The notes under the pieces were generated by a model. It was not told the DNA's origin. It was given only the letters and a program-made list of their open reading frames with translations, and made no database searches. Of a stretch of 56,985 nt of DNA, positions 28,843 to 37,731 are shown piece after piece; positions within the stretch are counted from its first letter, which is position 1; each line of letters starts with the position of its first letter. Source of the stretch: Candidatus Buchananbacteria bacterium RIFCSPHIGHO2_02_FULL_39_17 (GTDB taxonomy: Bacteria; Patescibacteriota; Patescibacteriia; Buchananbacterales; UBA6539); NCBI GenBank assembly GCA_001817425.1, contig MHII01000006.1, positions 1-56,985 of the forward strand, given 5' to 3'. The position numbers and the translations under genes are program-made.

Positions 28843-28992
28843 ATGGAACCAGCAATAAAGAGCAAAGAAGCTCTTGAAGCCATAGCTAGTGTCGCATCTA
28901 AGCCGTGGTATAAAAGAGTTGATTCTTGGCTTGTTATTGTCAATATTGTTGCATTGATAGTTAATATAACTATCATGTTAAAGCAACAATAA
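28843..28992 (+). CDS. 49-aa single-TM cassette peptide
   Basis: MEPAIKSKEALEAIASVASKPWYKRVDSWLVIVNIVALIVNITIMLKQQ fits inside cassette X. No clear SD. Confidence 0.3.
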   Translation: MEPAIKSKEALEAIASVASKPWYKRVDSWLVIVNIVALIVNITIMLKQQ

Positions 28993-29002
28993 AAATTTAC
29001 AC

Positions 29003-29044
29003 CACCTAACACCTGCTATACGGTTCGCTCCGGTAAATAAAATT
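29003..29044 (+). repeat. attC-like site, 5' half (S2 left)
   Basis: CACCTAAC-ACCTG-CTATACGG. CACCTAAC is the exact reverse complement of TTAGGTG at the start of cassette X. Confidence 0.55.
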
Positions 29045-29053
29045 AACATAAAT

Positions 29054-29359
29054 ATGACTTACTATATACTAACAATTATATTTTTACTTTTTCTAGGAGC
29101 TACAGCATCCGCTACGTTTGCGGAAAAAAGTCCAAGATCAGATCGACCAAGAATTTATTGGAATGAATCATTCTTAAAACTCATTGGTCTATTTTTATGG
29201 CCAACATTATTGCTTGGAATTATTATTCTATCCATGAATTGGAAATTATCTTTATTAATAATTATTCTTGCACTATTTCTACAAAAAATGATTTTAGTGC
29301 CAATATCTGAAAAAATAATTATTTCACCACTACACCTTCTGTTAAACAAGAAAAAGTAA
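29054..29359 (+). CDS. 101-aa membrane protein, bracketed by a 13-bp perfect inverted repeat
   Basis: Three hydrophobic helices. It lies between GGTAAATAAAATT (29032-29044) and AATTTTATTTACC (29380-29392). Confidence 0.5.
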   Translation: MTYYILTIIFLLFLGATASATFAEKSPRSDRPRIYWNESFLKLIGLFLWPTLLLGIIILSMNWKLSLLIIILALFLQKMILVPISEKIIISPLHLLLNKKK

Positions 29360-29379
29360 AAATATAATAATTAGGTACG

Positions 29380-29489
29380 AATTTTATTTACCTCGCTCAC
29401 CCAAATTTCGTTTTCACTTAGGCGGTTGCCTCCGGCAAATTATACCGCCACATTCAAACGAAACTTCGGCTAGCCCGTTCCGTTATACG
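29380..29489 (+). repeat. attC-like site, 3' half (S2 right)
   Basis: Central long stem (TTAGGCGGT..ACCGCCAC), then CTTCGGCTAGCCCGTTCC-G|TTATACG. It shares 25 identical nt with S5. Confidence 0.55.
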
Positions 29490-29516
29490 AAATTTTTGTA
29501 AAAATCCTTTAATATT

Positions 29517-30161
29517 ATGTTTTCAGAAAAAAAATTTTCTCTCGCTAACGAGGGTGAACCAAAAATAATTATCAAGCGTTCTACGGATGCCCCACCAGAT
29601 GTCAAACAAAACCCTTTTTACGATTCCGAATTTTGGGGGCGCGCTAATTCCCCAGATGATATCTACTTACCAGATTCTGATGAGGCGATATCTTTTGCGA
29701 TGGCGGCGCATGAGATCGGCCATCTAGTTAAAGCGGGTGAGAGAAATGACGCTCGTTTGGATAATTTTGAGGCTACCCGCGCCGAAGAACAACGTGCTTG
29801 GGATAAAGGCTGGGAATATTTGCAAGAATTTGTAGACGAGTATTATGCGGATAAACCAGAATGCGCCCCCAAAATTCGCCAAGCTTTTGAGCGTATAAAA
29901 ACCTTGCTTTTGCAAGCGACCGATTTAAGTAAAGGTATGTATCTTGAAAATGGTGCGCTTGATAATTTAGCTCCAGATGAAATTCAACGTATATTGGTAG
30001 AAAAACGAGAAAAATTTTTTTCTGAAAAAGGCGAACTCTTTAAAAATATTTTCGACGAAATGAAAAAAGAGAAAATTGGAATTAAGCCTGACTGGGACAA
30101 ATTCACCGCTATTGTTACTAAGGCCGTCGAAAATATTTTAAAAGACAACGATAAGGAGTAG
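29517..30161 (+). CDS. HExxH-motif protein (putative zinc metallopeptidase-like), cassette Y
   Basis: AAHEIGHLV motif. 214 aa. No closer family recognised. Confidence 0.55.
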   Translation: MFSEKKFSLANEGEPKIIIKRSTDAPPDVKQNPFYDSEFWGRANSPDDIYLPDSDEAISFAMAAHEIGHLVKAGERNDARLDNFEATRAEEQRAWDKGWEYLQEFVDEYYADKPECAPKIRQAFERIKTLLLQATDLSKGMYLENGALDNLAPDEIQRILVEKREKFFSEKGELFKNIFDEMKKEKIGIKPDWDKFTAIVTKAVENILKDNDKE

Positions 30162-30178
30162 AATTTTTACAAAAACAT

Positions 30179-30305
30179 CGTATAACACCGAATATACGGC
30201 TACGATAAAATTCCTTTTTACATTAATGAATTGATTTTTATCTCCGCCAAAATTTTTCTCCGCCTTTGGCTCCGAAAAACTTCGTATATTCGGATACGTT
30301 GTATG
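30179..30305 (+). repeat. attC-like imperfect palindrome (S3)
   Basis: Starts CGTATAAC-ACCGAATATACGG and ends CGTATATTCGG-ATAC-G|TTGTATG. The L arms are an 11-bp perfect inverted repeat. Confidence 0.65.
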
Positions 30306-30367
30306 ATATGTAACTTGTTGTTTAAGAAAGAAGACCCAGCATGAACTGAGTCTGTATGCAAGGTGTA

Positions 30368-30655
30368 TTAGTCAGCGAGACCAGCGGCGGCAATGAATTC
30401 CCGCAGTTCCCTTCTTTGCCCTTCTGGTCGGGCTAGGAATTTGGCGCGCTTTGGCAGAGTAAATAGGACACTACCATCCTGTTTAAGTTCTGCCTGCAGC
30501 GACCAGTGATCCTCGTCGGTAAGATCGTGAGTCGCTGATATTTCACCATCTGGTTTAACGGAAACATGGAAATTCGTAAACCATCTTTTCCGGTGCCTGA
30601 ACTCAAGTTCAAGCTTAAGGCCCATTCCTTCCAGTACCTCGACTTTTAGAAACAT
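30368..30655 (-). CDS. 95-aa GC-rich hypothetical protein, cassette Z
   Basis: SD GAGGAGGAGG lies 6 nt upstream of the ATG at 30655. Confidence 0.55.
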   Translation of the reverse strand: MFLKVEVLEGMGLKLELEFRHRKRWFTNFHVSVKPDGEISATHDLTDEDHWSLQAELKQDGSVLFTLPKRAKFLARPEGQRRELREFIAAAGLAD

Positions 30656-30806
30656 TGGATTCACCTCCTCCTCAAAGAACATTGACGATCTAGTCGTCTG
30701 GCAATGAGGCTAGGCCTCAGTTATTTCTTATTTGCCACTAGATCACAGATTACTTTATCATTATTAACAGTAGATGTCAAATCAAATCTAACAACAAGTT
30801 ACACAT

Positions 30807-30978
30807 CATACAACACGTTTTATGTGGTTCCCCTCTCGACTCGGCCGCTTTGGATAAACTCTGAGGCCTCGCTCGAGGTTCACCCAAATCGCTTGTCGTC
30901 TTAGGTGGTAGCGCCCACAGGCGCAATTATACCACCACGACGACTGCGCGACTTCATATAAACTGATAACGTTGTGTG
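30807..30978 (+). repeat. attC-like imperfect palindrome (S4), paralog of S1
   Basis: Starts CATACAAC-ACGTT-TTATGTGG and ends CATATAA-ACTGATAAC-G|TTGTGTG. Confidence 0.6.
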
Positions 30979-31105
30979 CCATTTTATTCAAAATATTTTA
31001 AATTTTATGATTAGAGCCCTTTTGAAATTTTTCTGAAATAAAAACCCCGCATCAGATGTTCCGAAGAACTCTCCGATACAGGGCGTTTGTACATGGCAGT
31101 GCGAC

Positions 31106-31243
31106 CTATGAGAGCCATACTAACAGCGCGGCAAGGCCGACGATGACGAAGTTTATGCCAATTCCAATTGCCCAGTCTTTCCATGAGTGAAACGGCCACA
31201 TATCATCTTGCCGAGGAAACGCTTTGACTGACAGAAAGAACAT
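31106..31243 (-). CDS. 45-aa single-TM peptide, cassette V
   Basis: SD GGAGAA is upstream. The sequence is MFFLSVKAFPRQDDMWPFHSWKDWAIGIGINFVIVGLAALLVWLS. Confidence 0.35.
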   Translation of the reverse strand: MFFLSVKAFPRQDDMWPFHSWKDWAIGIGINFVIVGLAALLVWLS

Positions 31244-31387
31244 ATTGTTCTCCTTTCCGATTATTAACTTTCACTATAAGTTACATCTCCTAATTTAGTA
31301 AGATAGCATGTTCTAACTAAAAAATCAAACCCATAGCAAAAAAATTTCAAAAGGGCTCTAATAATAAGGTATTTTTTAATAAAACAT

Positions 31388-31540
31388 CACCTAACACGTT
31401 TTATAAGGCTCGCGCCTTACCTAAGTCTTTCGGCTCGCGGATATTTTGTTCTCGCTTATGTGGTGTCCTCCGGACAATTTTACCACAACGTTCAAACGAA
31501 ACTTCGGCTAGCCCGATAACACGGTCTATCCGATTCGCGA
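31388..31540 (+). repeat. attC-like site (S5), apparently composite, last in the array
   Basis: Starts CACCTAAC-ACGTT-TTATAAGG and ends CTTCGGCTAGCCCG followed by ATAACACGGTCTATCCG, which looks like a new 5' half. Confidence 0.5.
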
Positions 31541-31564
31541 GTTAAATTTTGATAAGGCTAAAAT

Positions 31565-31594
31565 TTGACTTATTTATATTTTATCTAGTATAAT
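31565..31594 (+). promoter_or_regulatory. sigma70-like promoter for hicBA
   Basis: TTGACT, 18-nt spacer, TATAAT. Confidence 0.6.
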
Positions 31595-31602
31595 AAAGGC
31601 GT

Positions 31603-31827
31603 ATGAAAAATTCTTTTTTTACAGTCTATATTGAACAAGACGAGGATGGCATTTTCATCGGATCAGTACCATTAATACCAAGTTGTTATGCCCAAGGCAA
31701 AACTCAAGCAGAAATGCTTGACAATCTACAGGATGTTTTAAGGTTATGCCTTAGAAATATTGACAAGAAAATTTTAGAAAAAACGAAATTTGTCGGAGTC
31801 AAAAATGTAAAAGTCAAACATGCCTAA
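31603..31827 (+). CDS. hicB: HicB-family antitoxin (UPF0150-like)
   Basis: FTVYIEQDEDGIFIGSVPLIPSCYAQGKTQAEMLDNL. It overlaps hicA by 8 nt. Confidence 0.8.
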   Translation: MKNSFFTVYIEQDEDGIFIGSVPLIPSCYAQGKTQAEMLDNLQDVLRLCLRNIDKKILEKTKFVGVKNVKVKHA

Positions 31828-32044
31828 ACTCGTACCGATAAAGCCAAAAAAAATTATCAAAATTTTGCTTAAGCTTGGATTTACAAAACGTGATGCCGAA
31901 GGGTCTCACGTATTTTTTAAACATCTTGACGGACGAACTACAGTCGTGCCAATTCATTCTCAAGAAATTAGCAAAGGATTACTTAGAAAAATACTTAATG
32001 ATATCCAATTGGCTGTAGAAGAATACGATAAATTAAGAAAATAA
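31820..32044 (+). CDS. hicA: HicA-family mRNA interferase toxin
   Basis: KKIIKILLKLGF...GSHVFFKH...VVPIHSQEISKGLLRKIL pattern. Confidence 0.85.
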   Translation: MPKLVPIKPKKIIKILLKLGFTKRDAEGSHVFFKHLDGRTTVVPIHSQEISKGLLRKILNDIQLAVEEYDKLRK

Positions 32045-32201
32045 AAAAAACTAATTTTTCAATTCCTCTTTTTTCATTTCATTAATACAAAATTCTAGCA
32101 AAGCCTTCCTCCCCTTAAGATAGGGGGGGGGTAGGAGGGGTTATAATTTCAAAACTTCATAACTTCCCTTACAACTCTTAATCTTAAGAGAGGCATTAAA
32201 A

Positions 32202-33356
32202 TTACTCCCCAATCTTAATCTCAATCTTGTCTTGCAGCCTTGGCGTTTTTTTCAGCCAAAATGGTTTGAATTTGATTTGAACAGATTTAATTTGCGGAAA
32301 TTGGGAAAAGTAGGACTGAACTTGTTCTTCGGTTAAACCGGTTAGTTTAGCTTTATCAATTAAAGAGGCGGCTTGGGCTAACACTGAACTGGCCAACAAT
32401 TTAACTTTAATTTTGGCGGTTTTGTTTTCCAAATTATACTCTAAAACTTCGTATTTAAAACTTTTAGGATCCAAATCAACCAATTGTTTTTCCGCCGGTA
32501 AACCGGCTTTGATTTTCTCTCTGGCTTTAGCGATTAAAGCGGGCTCGTCAAAAACCACGACAATCGCTTTTAATTTCATCGTGCCACTAAACTGCGTTGC
32601 CTCGGCGTTGGCTTGAGTATCAAACTTAGCCTCTTCCATGTTGGCCGAGACCAATTTTGGCCACAAAGATTGCTGCTGGTCTAACTGCTGGTTTACTTGA
32701 GTTAAAGCCCGCCGGTAAAGTTGGTCTTTTAAGGTCGCCTCGGCGTTAGTTAAATCTTTTTGCTCAACGAAATTAATGATATTACTGCCAGCACTCAAAG
32801 TTGTTTCATTTTCGGCATAAATTTTATCTTGCAAACCCGCCCACAAACCAGGAATAATCAGGCGGGCTGGTTTCAATTCCTTAAAATTTTCTTTATCCTC
32901 GGCGTAAACCGGCACTTTTATTTTTTTGCCCGCCGACACCGCCACATTACTTTTTAGACGCAAAATCACTTTTTCCGGATTAGCCGGTAAGGCCAAACGG
33001 GTTGAAGCAATTAGCGCTTGCTCTTTTGAATAATTATTGATAATCGTCACCTCGCCGACAATATCAGACTCGCCTTTTTTACTGCCCGTGGCCGTAAAAC
33101 TGCTGGTTTGGGAAACTTCAACCATTTTAATTATTCCCTTAATAATGTCATTGATTTCCAAGCTAGTTAGGCCAACATCTTCTTTAATAATAAAATCAAA
33201 TTCTTGATTAATCTGTTCGGCACTGGGCGCTAAATGAATCGTGACCTTGGCCCAAATCAGATAGCTCGTCAAAATTAAAATCAACAAAGATAGGCTAAAA
33301 AAAACCACGCCAATTTTACCATAAATTTTTGGCAATAAAATATCTTTTTTGACCAT
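32202..33356 (-). CDS. N-terminally anchored hypothetical protein
   Basis: 384-aa ORF with one TM helix and a beta-rich extracytoplasmic part. Confidence 0.55.
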   Translation of the reverse strand: MVKKDILLPKIYGKIGVVFFSLSLLILILTSYLIWAKVTIHLAPSAEQINQEFDFIIKEDVGLTSLEINDIIKGIIKMVEVSQTSSFTATGSKKGESDIVGEVTIINNYSKEQALIASTRLALPANPEKVILRLKSNVAVSAGKKIKVPVYAEDKENFKELKPARLIIPGLWAGLQDKIYAENETTLSAGSNIINFVEQKDLTNAEATLKDQLYRRALTQVNQQLDQQQSLWPKLVSANMEEAKFDTQANAEATQFSGTMKLKAIVVVFDEPALIAKAREKIKAGLPAEKQLVDLDPKSFKYEVLEYNLENKTAKIKVKLLASSVLAQAASLIDKAKLTGLTEEQVQSYFSQFPQIKSVQIKFKPFWLKKTPRLQDKIEIKIGE

Positions 33357-33610
33357 AGATTAATAATAATACTTTTTGTTTGATTAAACAATCTTTTAAA
33401 ACCTCTAACTTATGCTTATATATTAACTAGAGCTAAATTTTAAATAATTCAAATGTTAATTATGAGTTTCCCTCTCCGGTTACAGAGAGGGTTAGGGTGA
33501 GGTGGCTAACTTCATAATCTCACCTCTAACTCCTCTCCCTTGTGGGAGAGGAGAACTATTTTAATTAATTAGAGGGAGTAATAATTGATTAACCTTGACT
33601 TTTTAATTTT

Positions 33611-36600
33611 TTATTCGTATTTCTCCACCCGAAAGGAATCCTTGCCTAAAATTTCTTCGATTTCTGATTTGATTTTGGCGCCGGCATCAACTAAAAAATT
33701 AGTGCTAATTTTTTTAAAGCCAAAACTATTTTTAACTACCAAAACCGCTTTATATTTCCCGTGGTGCTTTTTAAAAATTTCTTTTAGTTTCTCGCCGTCA
33801 GCCGTTAGTAGGCTTGGCGGCAACGTAATAAAAGCGGTCCCGCCAATCAAAAGTTCTTTGGTGTTATCAACGATACGGTGATTAAATTTTTTCGCCCAAA
33901 AGCCATTGCGGCCGTTGCCATTCCCATTAGCGACCGCGAGCTGATCCAACTCTTTAACCACTGAAGAAACATTTTTTACTTCTAATTCTCTAACTTGGTT
34001 GCAGATTAATTTTGCCTCACCGTCTTTATCCGATAAACGGCAGTTCATCATTATGATCTTATCTTCCTGCCAAATATTTTGGTCGGCTTTAAGAATACTG
34101 GGGAAAACTAAAACTTCAATCCCGCTTGAAATATCTTCAATTCGGACAAAAAGCATGGCATCACCGCTTTTGGTAATAATTTTTTTAATTTTGGTAATCA
34201 CCCCGGCCACCTTCATGGCCGAATCGCGCTCATAGTGGTTAGTCGTTATTTCTTTAATCGGCACGACATAATCACGAAGTTGACTCTGGAATTCACTAAG
34301 CGGATGGGCGGAAACATAAAGGCCTAAAAATTCTTTTTCCCAATTTAATTTTTGTTTGTCATCAGCCGATTCAATCAGATCCAAAATTAGTTTTGGAATA
34401 GCCGCGGTCGTGGCCAGCATCCCAAACAGGCTTGATTGTTTAGACTCGGCCTCGGCATTGATATTTTTGATAAAGACCAAAAGCTTATCCATATTATAAA
34501 GCAAGCGATTGCGCTCGCCTAATTTATCAAGCACGCCCGCTTTAACCAACGCCTCTAAAGATTTTTTATTCAAATCTTTAGTTTTAACCCGACTCAAAAA
34601 GTCTTCCAAATTTTGGTAAGGACCATTCGCTTTACGCTCCTTGATAATTTCTTTAATAATATTTTCACCCAAATTTTTTACCGCCGAAAGGCCAAAACGG
34701 ATTTTTTTACTTTCTTTATCCGCTTTAACTTCCAGCGAATCATAAACCACGGTAAAAGTGGAAAAACTTTCATTAATATCCGGCGGCAAAACTTCCAGCC
34801 CCATCTGCCGGCACTCTTCAACCTCCACCGCAATCCGGTCAATATTGCCATGGTCCGCCGTCAAAAGCGAGGCCATAAATTCCGCTGGATAACGCGATTT
34901 CAAATAAGCGGTTTGGTAAGCAATTAAAGCATAACAAGCGGCGTGCGACCGATTAAAGCCATAGCGGGCAAAAGGCAAAATATAATCCCAAATTTGTTTT
35001 GCCACCCTGCGGGTAATGCCATTTTTCATCATGCCGGAAACCATTTTTTCTTCCTGCTCATTTAATAAAGAAGCGATTTTTTTCCCTACGGCTTTTCGTA
35101 AAACATCCGCTTCGCTGTAGGAAAATCCCGCTAATTTTCTGGCAATTTCCATCAATTGTTCTTGATAGATAATAATGCCATAAGTTTTTTCCAAAATTGG
35201 CTCCATCCGTTCATCTAAATAATAGACTTTTTTTAAACCATGCTTGGCGGCAATATAATCAGAAATAAATTCCATCGGGCCGGGCCGATAAAGGGAAACC
35301 ATGGCAATAATGTCTTCTAGCTCCGTGGGCACAAGCATTTTTAAATAGCGCTTCATGCCGGAGCTTTCTAATTGAAAAACGCCGGTGGTTTCCGCTCGCT
35401 GCAAAAGAGCAAAAGCATTTTTATCGCCCAAAGGCAGCTCATCAATGTTAATTTCCAAGCCCCGGGCTTTTTTTAAAATTTCTAAGGTATTTTCAATAAT
35501 CGTTAAATTTTTTAAGCCCAAGAGGTCAATTTTCAATAAACCCAAATCTTCAATGGTGTGCATTTCATACTGGGTGACAATTTCTTCCGGATTTTGGCTT
35601 GAACGCTGGCGCGGCACGTAATTATCCATCGGTTTAGGGGTTACAACCACACCGCAGGCGTGCGTCGAGGCGTGCCGGGCACTGCCTTCAAGTTTTTTGG
35701 CGATTTCGAGTAAGCGCTTGCCGTCCGGATCCGCCATCACCCCTTGAAGGTCAGGAACGGTTTTAATGGCTTGGCCAAGAGACATAAACATGGGAATCAT
35801 TTTCGCTACCTTGTCGCAGTAGTTATAAGGCAACCCCATGACCCGGCCGACATCGCGGACCGCGGCGCGCGCCGCCATTGTACCAAAAGTAATAATTTGC
35901 GCCACGTGGTCCTGTCCATATTTGTCCGCCACATAATCAATCACTTCGTCGCGGCGCGCGTCCGCAAAATCAGAATCAATATCCGGCATGGAAATTCTTT
36001 CTAGATTTAAAAACCGCTCAAAAAGCAAATCATATTTCAACGGATCAATATTAGTGATATTGGTCAAATAGGAAACCAGGCTGCCCGCGGCGGAACCACG
36101 GCCCGGCCCAACCACAATTCCGTTATTTTTTGCCCAATTGATAAAATCAGCGACAATCAAAAAATAAGAGGCAAAGCCAGTTTTGGCAATCACCGATAAT
36201 TCATAATCAAGCCGTTTAGTAATTTCCTCGCTAACTTGATTTTGCCCAAATCTCCTTTTTAATCCCTCCTGACAAAGATCAGTGAGATATTGTTCTTCGG
36301 TCTTGCCATTTGGCACTTCAAAATGCGGCAATAAAGTTTTCCGCAGTTCTAACTCAAGGTTACATTTTTCTGCCAGCGCTAAAGTGTTAGTAATAATCTG
36401 TGGCTGATTTGGCCAGGCGTTTTTCATCTGCTCCGGGGTTTTCATTGAAAAATCCTCGCCTAAATATGACATCCGGTCAGTGTCAGCTAAAGTCTTTTTC
36501 GTTTGGATACAAAGCAGGGCATCTTGAGCATAATCATCATCGGAATTCAAATAATGAATGTCATTCGTAGTGACCACCGGAATGCCTAATTTTTTCCCTA

Positions 36601-37174
36601 AATCAATCACTCTTTTATTAACCTCAATTTGTTTAGTTAAATTCGGATGCGGCTGAACCTCCAAATAATAGTTACCTTCGCCAAATATTTTTAAATAGCG
36701 AATTGCTGTTTCTCCGGCCTTTTTTTCATCAATCATTAAATTTTTGGCAATCTCGCCCTGGAGACAAGCCGAACAACAAATTAATCCCTCATGATATTTT
36801 TCTAAAAGTTCCAAATCAACCCTCGGCCGATAATAAAAACCGTCTAAGTGAGCAATGGTGGTCAGTTTAATCAAATGGCGATAACCGGTTTCATCTTTGG
36901 CCAATAATAAAAGATGATAAGGATTATCATCAATTTTCGGCCGCTTATCTTTATGGCCATTTCGCGCGACATAAGCCTCAACACCCAGAATCGGCTTAAT
37001 GCCGGCTTTCTTCGCTTTCTGATAAAACTCAATTAAACCATACATCACGCCGTGATCTGTTAAAGCCAGCGCCGGCATGCCCAGATCCTTTGCCTTTTTG
37101 ATTAAATCGTCAATTTTTGGCTGACCGTCAAGCAAAGAATAATGGGAATGAGTATGCAGATGAACAAAAGACAT
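33611..37174 (-). CDS. dnaE: DNA polymerase III subunit alpha
   Basis: PHP domain FVHLHTHSHYSLLDG, then GPGRGSAAGSLVSY and MPDIDSDF. 1187 aa. Confidence 0.97.
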   Translation of the reverse strand: MSFVHLHTHSHYSLLDGQPKIDDLIKKAKDLGMPALALTDHGVMYGLIEFYQKAKKAGIKPILGVEAYVARNGHKDKRPKIDDNPYHLLLLAKDETGYRHLIKLTTIAHLDGFYYRPRVDLELLEKYHEGLICCSACLQGEIAKNLMIDEKKAGETAIRYLKIFGEGNYYLEVQPHPNLTKQIEVNKRVIDLGKKLGIPVVTTNDIHYLNSDDDYAQDALLCIQTKKTLADTDRMSYLGEDFSMKTPEQMKNAWPNQPQIITNTLALAEKCNLELELRKTLLPHFEVPNGKTEEQYLTDLCQEGLKRRFGQNQVSEEITKRLDYELSVIAKTGFASYFLIVADFINWAKNNGIVVGPGRGSAAGSLVSYLTNITNIDPLKYDLLFERFLNLERISMPDIDSDFADARRDEVIDYVADKYGQDHVAQIITFGTMAARAAVRDVGRVMGLPYNYCDKVAKMIPMFMSLGQAIKTVPDLQGVMADPDGKRLLEIAKKLEGSARHASTHACGVVVTPKPMDNYVPRQRSSQNPEEIVTQYEMHTIEDLGLLKIDLLGLKNLTIIENTLEILKKARGLEINIDELPLGDKNAFALLQRAETTGVFQLESSGMKRYLKMLVPTELEDIIAMVSLYRPGPMEFISDYIAAKHGLKKVYYLDERMEPILEKTYGIIIYQEQLMEIARKLAGFSYSEADVLRKAVGKKIASLLNEQEEKMVSGMMKNGITRRVAKQIWDYILPFARYGFNRSHAACYALIAYQTAYLKSRYPAEFMASLLTADHGNIDRIAVEVEECRQMGLEVLPPDINESFSTFTVVYDSLEVKADKESKKIRFGLSAVKNLGENIIKEIIKERKANGPYQNLEDFLSRVKTKDLNKKSLEALVKAGVLDKLGERNRLLYNMDKLLVFIKNINAEAESKQSSLFGMLATTAAIPKLILDLIESADDKQKLNWEKEFLGLYVSAHPLSEFQSQLRDYVVPIKEITTNHYERDSAMKVAGVITKIKKIITKSGDAMLFVRIEDISSGIEVLVFPSILKADQNIWQEDKIIMMNCRLSDKDGEAKLICNQVRELEVKNVSSVVKELDQLAVANGNGNGRNGFWAKKFNHRIVDNTKELLIGGTAFITLPPSLLTADGEKLKEIFKKHHGKYKAVLVVKNSFGFKKISTNFLVDAGAKIKSEIEEILGKDSFRVEKYE

Positions 37175-37346
37175 AGGTTATAGTAGATTTTTAGAAGCCG
37201 GAATCAATCCTTGGCCTCTAAGGAAAGATAAACTCCCCCTCAAAGTTTAATGATAATTCAAAAGTCAAATCTCAAAAATCAAAAGTTTGGTAACCGCCTT
37301 CGGCGGTTTTTATTCACTTTTGAATTTTAACTTGAAATTTTGACTT

Positions 37347-37673
37347 TCACCTTTTGAATTTTGACTTATTTTTTCTTGCCTCTCTTCCCTGTTTTTCCAT
37401 CAAAAATCCGACCAACTTAATCGCGGAATCGGCGATAACCGCCATATGGTTTGACCCTTTTTCCAATTTTTCTTTAACCAGTTTTAAAATCTTATCAACG
37501 GTTTCCAGTTTTTCCCGGACACTGGTGGTCATCTTGCTGAAATTGCGCAGCATGACAATGACATAATAAAGCGCCCAACAGAAAAATACGGTCAGCCAAA
37601 GCACGGCCAAGGAGATAACAATAAATAATAGATCTTTTGAAGTTTCTAACATATTATTGGAATTATGAATCAA
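37347..37673 (-). CDS. small membrane protein with a coiled C-terminus (DUF948-like, from memory)
   Basis: One TM helix followed by a helical charged tail. Confidence 0.5.
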   Translation of the reverse strand: MIHNSNNMLETSKDLLFIVISLAVLWLTVFFCWALYYVIVMLRNFSKMTTSVREKLETVDKILKLVKEKLEKGSNHMAVIADSAIKLVGFLMEKQGREARKNKSKFKR

Positions 37674-37731
37674 GAATTAAGAATTAAGAATTAAGACCTC
37701 CGCTTAATTCATAATTCTTAATTCTTAATTC

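Larger units (their letters stand above)
28309..31540. mobile_element. integrase-less array of small gene cassettes separated by attC-like sites (CALIN-like)
   Basis: See the individual sites. Each cassette start is the reverse complement of its own 3' site over 20-24 bp. Confidence 0.65.

Noticed and set aside
28767-29012. ORF 28767..29012 (minus) and ORF 31011..31199 (minus) as cassette genes
   Set aside because: Both run across junction or inverted-repeat sequences and lack SD signals. Shorter alternatives that fit inside the cassettes (28843..28992 plus strand; 31106..31243 minus strand with SD) seem more plausible, though they are also uncertain.
28309-31540. Interpreting the cassette junctions as Xer/dif-like (pdif-module) sites
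   Set aside because: TTCGTATAA-n6-TTGTATG at 28313-37 superficially resembles an 11-6-11 dif layout. The distance between the two arms varies among junctions (about 5 to 9 nt), and the sites are 125-170-bp folded palindromes. This fits attC-like hairpins better.
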